Positions 61,424 to 64,000 of a DNA stretch of 64,000 nucleotides are shown here, piece by piece. Within the stretch, counting starts at the first letter, position 1. The number at the start of each line of letters is the position of its first letter. Made by a program: the position numbers and the translations under genes. Under the pieces are notes generated by a model. The model was not told where the DNA came from, made no database searches, and saw only the letters and a list, made by a program, of their open reading frames with translations. This stretch comes from Octopus sinensis (Eukaryota): positions 73,222,001 to 73,286,000 of the forward strand of contig NC_043000.1 in the NCBI RefSeq assembly GCF_006345805.1, read 5' to 3'.

Positions 61424-61785
61424 TGTAGTTCAAATAGAAAGAATTCTTCTTTACAATCACAAACCAACTCCTTCCAGCAGCTTGGGTCTTATTAATCATT
61501 ACTATGCTTGTTTCTTGTGCGTGGGAAATGAAAAGAGGTTCACCTACCTTCTTCTCATCAATGCCTGTTTAGCAGTAATCTCTCCGACGATTCTGCCCTA
61601 CCCTTGTCACCCAGTATAAGTACCTGCTATCTTTCCAACCTGGGAGTGAATTCCTTAATGTCCATTCGCGACAAAAAGAGGCCGATTCTCACCTCTCTCT
61701 CCCCACTTCTCCTCTCGTGCTTCCTCTTCTGGTCAGCCTCTTGACCATTGACATCATGACCCTCTTCTTCTGGTTCATCCCTACA
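61424..61785 (-). repeat. Probable 3' LTR of Gypsy element 4
   Basis: Minus strand TGTAGGGATG...GAACTACA, preceded by a G-rich PPT (61786-61797). The left boundary is inferred. Confidence 0.55.
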
Positions 61786-61799
61786 TGCCCCCCCCCCAT

Positions 61800-64000
61800 T
61801 GATCTCAAAGATCACCTCCTCCCTTCACTCCATGTCGAAATCTAGCACCCACCTTGGTGGGCACCTTGCATGTTCTGATCTTCTTAAGCTGGGAACCTCA
61901 TTCTCTTCCTCTTCTCCACAATCATCATCCGACGAAGCAACAATCCTATGAACATCTAAGATGTGACACAGCATTCCATCCACAGAAATGTTGTTTTGGG
62001 AATTGACAGCCATCACTATTCCTCTGTTCCACTGAGTTGTGCAGCATGTCTTTGGTGGCTTGACCCAGACTTCATCTCTCACTGCCACAAAGGGCCCTCT
62101 CTCTTCTTCAGGGAATCCTGATGGCTTACTTGGATGCTGCCATCCATATTTGAATATTGCTCAATGTGGCATGGACTCTTCAGCCTGTCCTAATCAGGGT
62201 GACACATTGTACCAGAATACTGCTTCCAGCAGTGAGATGTGTCCCCTCTCTGCCATGGCCTTGATCATTTGGTGATGTCTTTCCACGATCCCATTTCCAC
62301 TCAGCCTGTATGCCACTCTGAAAAAGCAGTGCACTTTTTGCCTGTCAAGCATTTCCTTCAGCACCTCCAAACAAAACACTGTGCTGTTGTCCATCAGCAA
62401 TTCATTCACAGGGCCCCACTCTAAGAATACCTCATTTAAAATATGTACCATCACATCTGCAGTGTCTGCCCTCAATTCCCTCCAAATGGCCATCCGGCCT
62501 GGCCCACAGTCAAGAATCATGAGATACGTCCCCTGCCAGTAGTGTGTCGCATCCACTGCCAGTCATCTCCAGTTGTGCTCTACTGAAATGTTTCCCTACT
62601 CATGCACACTCTGAGCAGGGTTGATGGATTGACACCTGTCATAGTTCCCGACCACCTTTTGGATGCTCTGTCTAGTAATGTTGGCAACAATCCTCCTGGT
62701 AAGATACAGGGTCCTATCCACACCCGTATGATGCACGGCATGTAGTCTCCTTAGTTCAGAGTCAGTTAACCAACACACTACAGCTACCCCTTGTTTTGAT
62801 TCTTCCAGCTCCCCTAACCAGGCCTTTCTCACCCTGGTTAGAACGTCTACCTTGTTTATCTCTGAAAGCACAAAGACCATATACAGCTTCAGGCCACACT
62901 TGGCAACCAGCTTTCCTAGAACCCCTAGGTGATGCTTCACTAACATTTCTGCTGCCCCTTTGGTTCAAACCCTCTTCTCATTGGTGATCACCGATCCTAC
63001 CCAGCCAAGCATGGTGGCCAAATCCATCCAGATTTCGAGGGAGCACAGACCCCCATCTCAAGGCCAAATTCACTCCTTTCAGCACTGCGTCCAACTCAGT
63101 GGTTGTAATTGTCTGCTTTTTGAAGCCAGGCCGCATCCTCCACTTTGACACCTCTGATTTCCAGCACAACTCCTATTGCAATGCTACTAGCATCACACCA
63201 TATGGTCCCGTTATCCGATTTGAGCAAATACCAGTTCCCTCTGACTGGGTCTTCTGCTCTCATCCTTTTTAGGATTTCCTGCATCATCACCACCATCCCC
63301 TCTCCCACTTTGTCACCCCAGTTCTCCCCTTCTGCTCATCTCTTGGTATAACTGCATGCTGTATGCAGCCACCCTATGATTGGGTAGTGACCTACTAATT
63401 TCCTGCACATTGAGAACAGTTCTCTCCTGCTGACATTGGCACCCAGCTCTGGGATCTCATTCCCCCTCTGAAATACCAAAACGCCTTTTCTGTTTCTTTG
63501 AAGTTTCAGCTCCAGTGCAGCTCCTCCAGCTATTGACTCCAGTGACTTCACAATCAACTTGAATTTCTTCAGATGTCTCACAACCTCTGCCACAGCTGCT
63601 ACAGTCTTGTCCACTATGATGTCATCTATATAGGAATTGGTGGCCCTTCATATCCTATCCACATTTCCCAGGATAGATTTGAGCACTGTCACTATGATCT
63701 TCAGTGCAGAATACAAGCGGAAACCCAGCCTTTTCAGACAATATTTCAGGCCCATGTATTGCACCAGCTGCAAATATGCTGCAAATATGCTGACTTCAAG
63801 TTGACAATCGTCGCTGCTTTAGTTGACTGTCTCTATACGTGCAGTGCCTCACTGCAGACGTCAGTTGCCTTGCCACCTGTGTGGCATGATACATGGCCAT
63901 TCATCTCCCAAAAGTCCAGTACCGGTCTGACTTTGCCCTTTGTTGGCTGCACCACTGCCATTAGTGGTAACACTCTGCTCACCACCCCCTCCTTCCACGG
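61800..64000 (-). pseudogene. pol: Degenerate pol (RT-RH-IN) of Gypsy 4, related to Gypsy 2; runs off the window
   Basis: WCDASSIAIGVVLE, ELDAVLKGVNLAL, DCGPGR, NGIVERHHQ, VWVKPP all align with 28514-31282; many stops. Confidence 0.88.

Overview
This is AT-rich, microsatellite-dense eukaryotic DNA made up almost entirely of transposon remnants. The repeat content resembles cephalopod (Octopus-like) genomes, which is my inference and not a database result. I found no convincing host protein-coding gene. It contains three unrelated non-autonomous long-TIR (foldback-type) DNA elements at 3402-6993, 8318-13906 and 15774-16561, each with 5'-GG...CC-3' termini and an exact 8-bp target-site duplication (TSD). 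The first has the same LINE 3' fragment in both arms, and the second is a composite enclosing half a Ty3/Gypsy element. There are four Ty3/Gypsy elements. One is near full-length (28065-32333) with a clear -1 frameshift signal, and its two LTRs differ only at CpG sites apart from one 50-bp duplication. The window also holds RTE, Tx1/L1-like and R4/Dong-like LINE fragments, four Penelope-like remnants (with minimal hammerhead ribozyme motifs at several pLTR-like ends), Helitrons, SINEs, and mariner/Tc1 fragments. One compact, nearly repeat-free island (about 38.9-41.1 kb) has micro-exon-like segments and structured short introns and may be a non-coding snoRNA-host gene. Boundaries of degenerate fragments are approximate.
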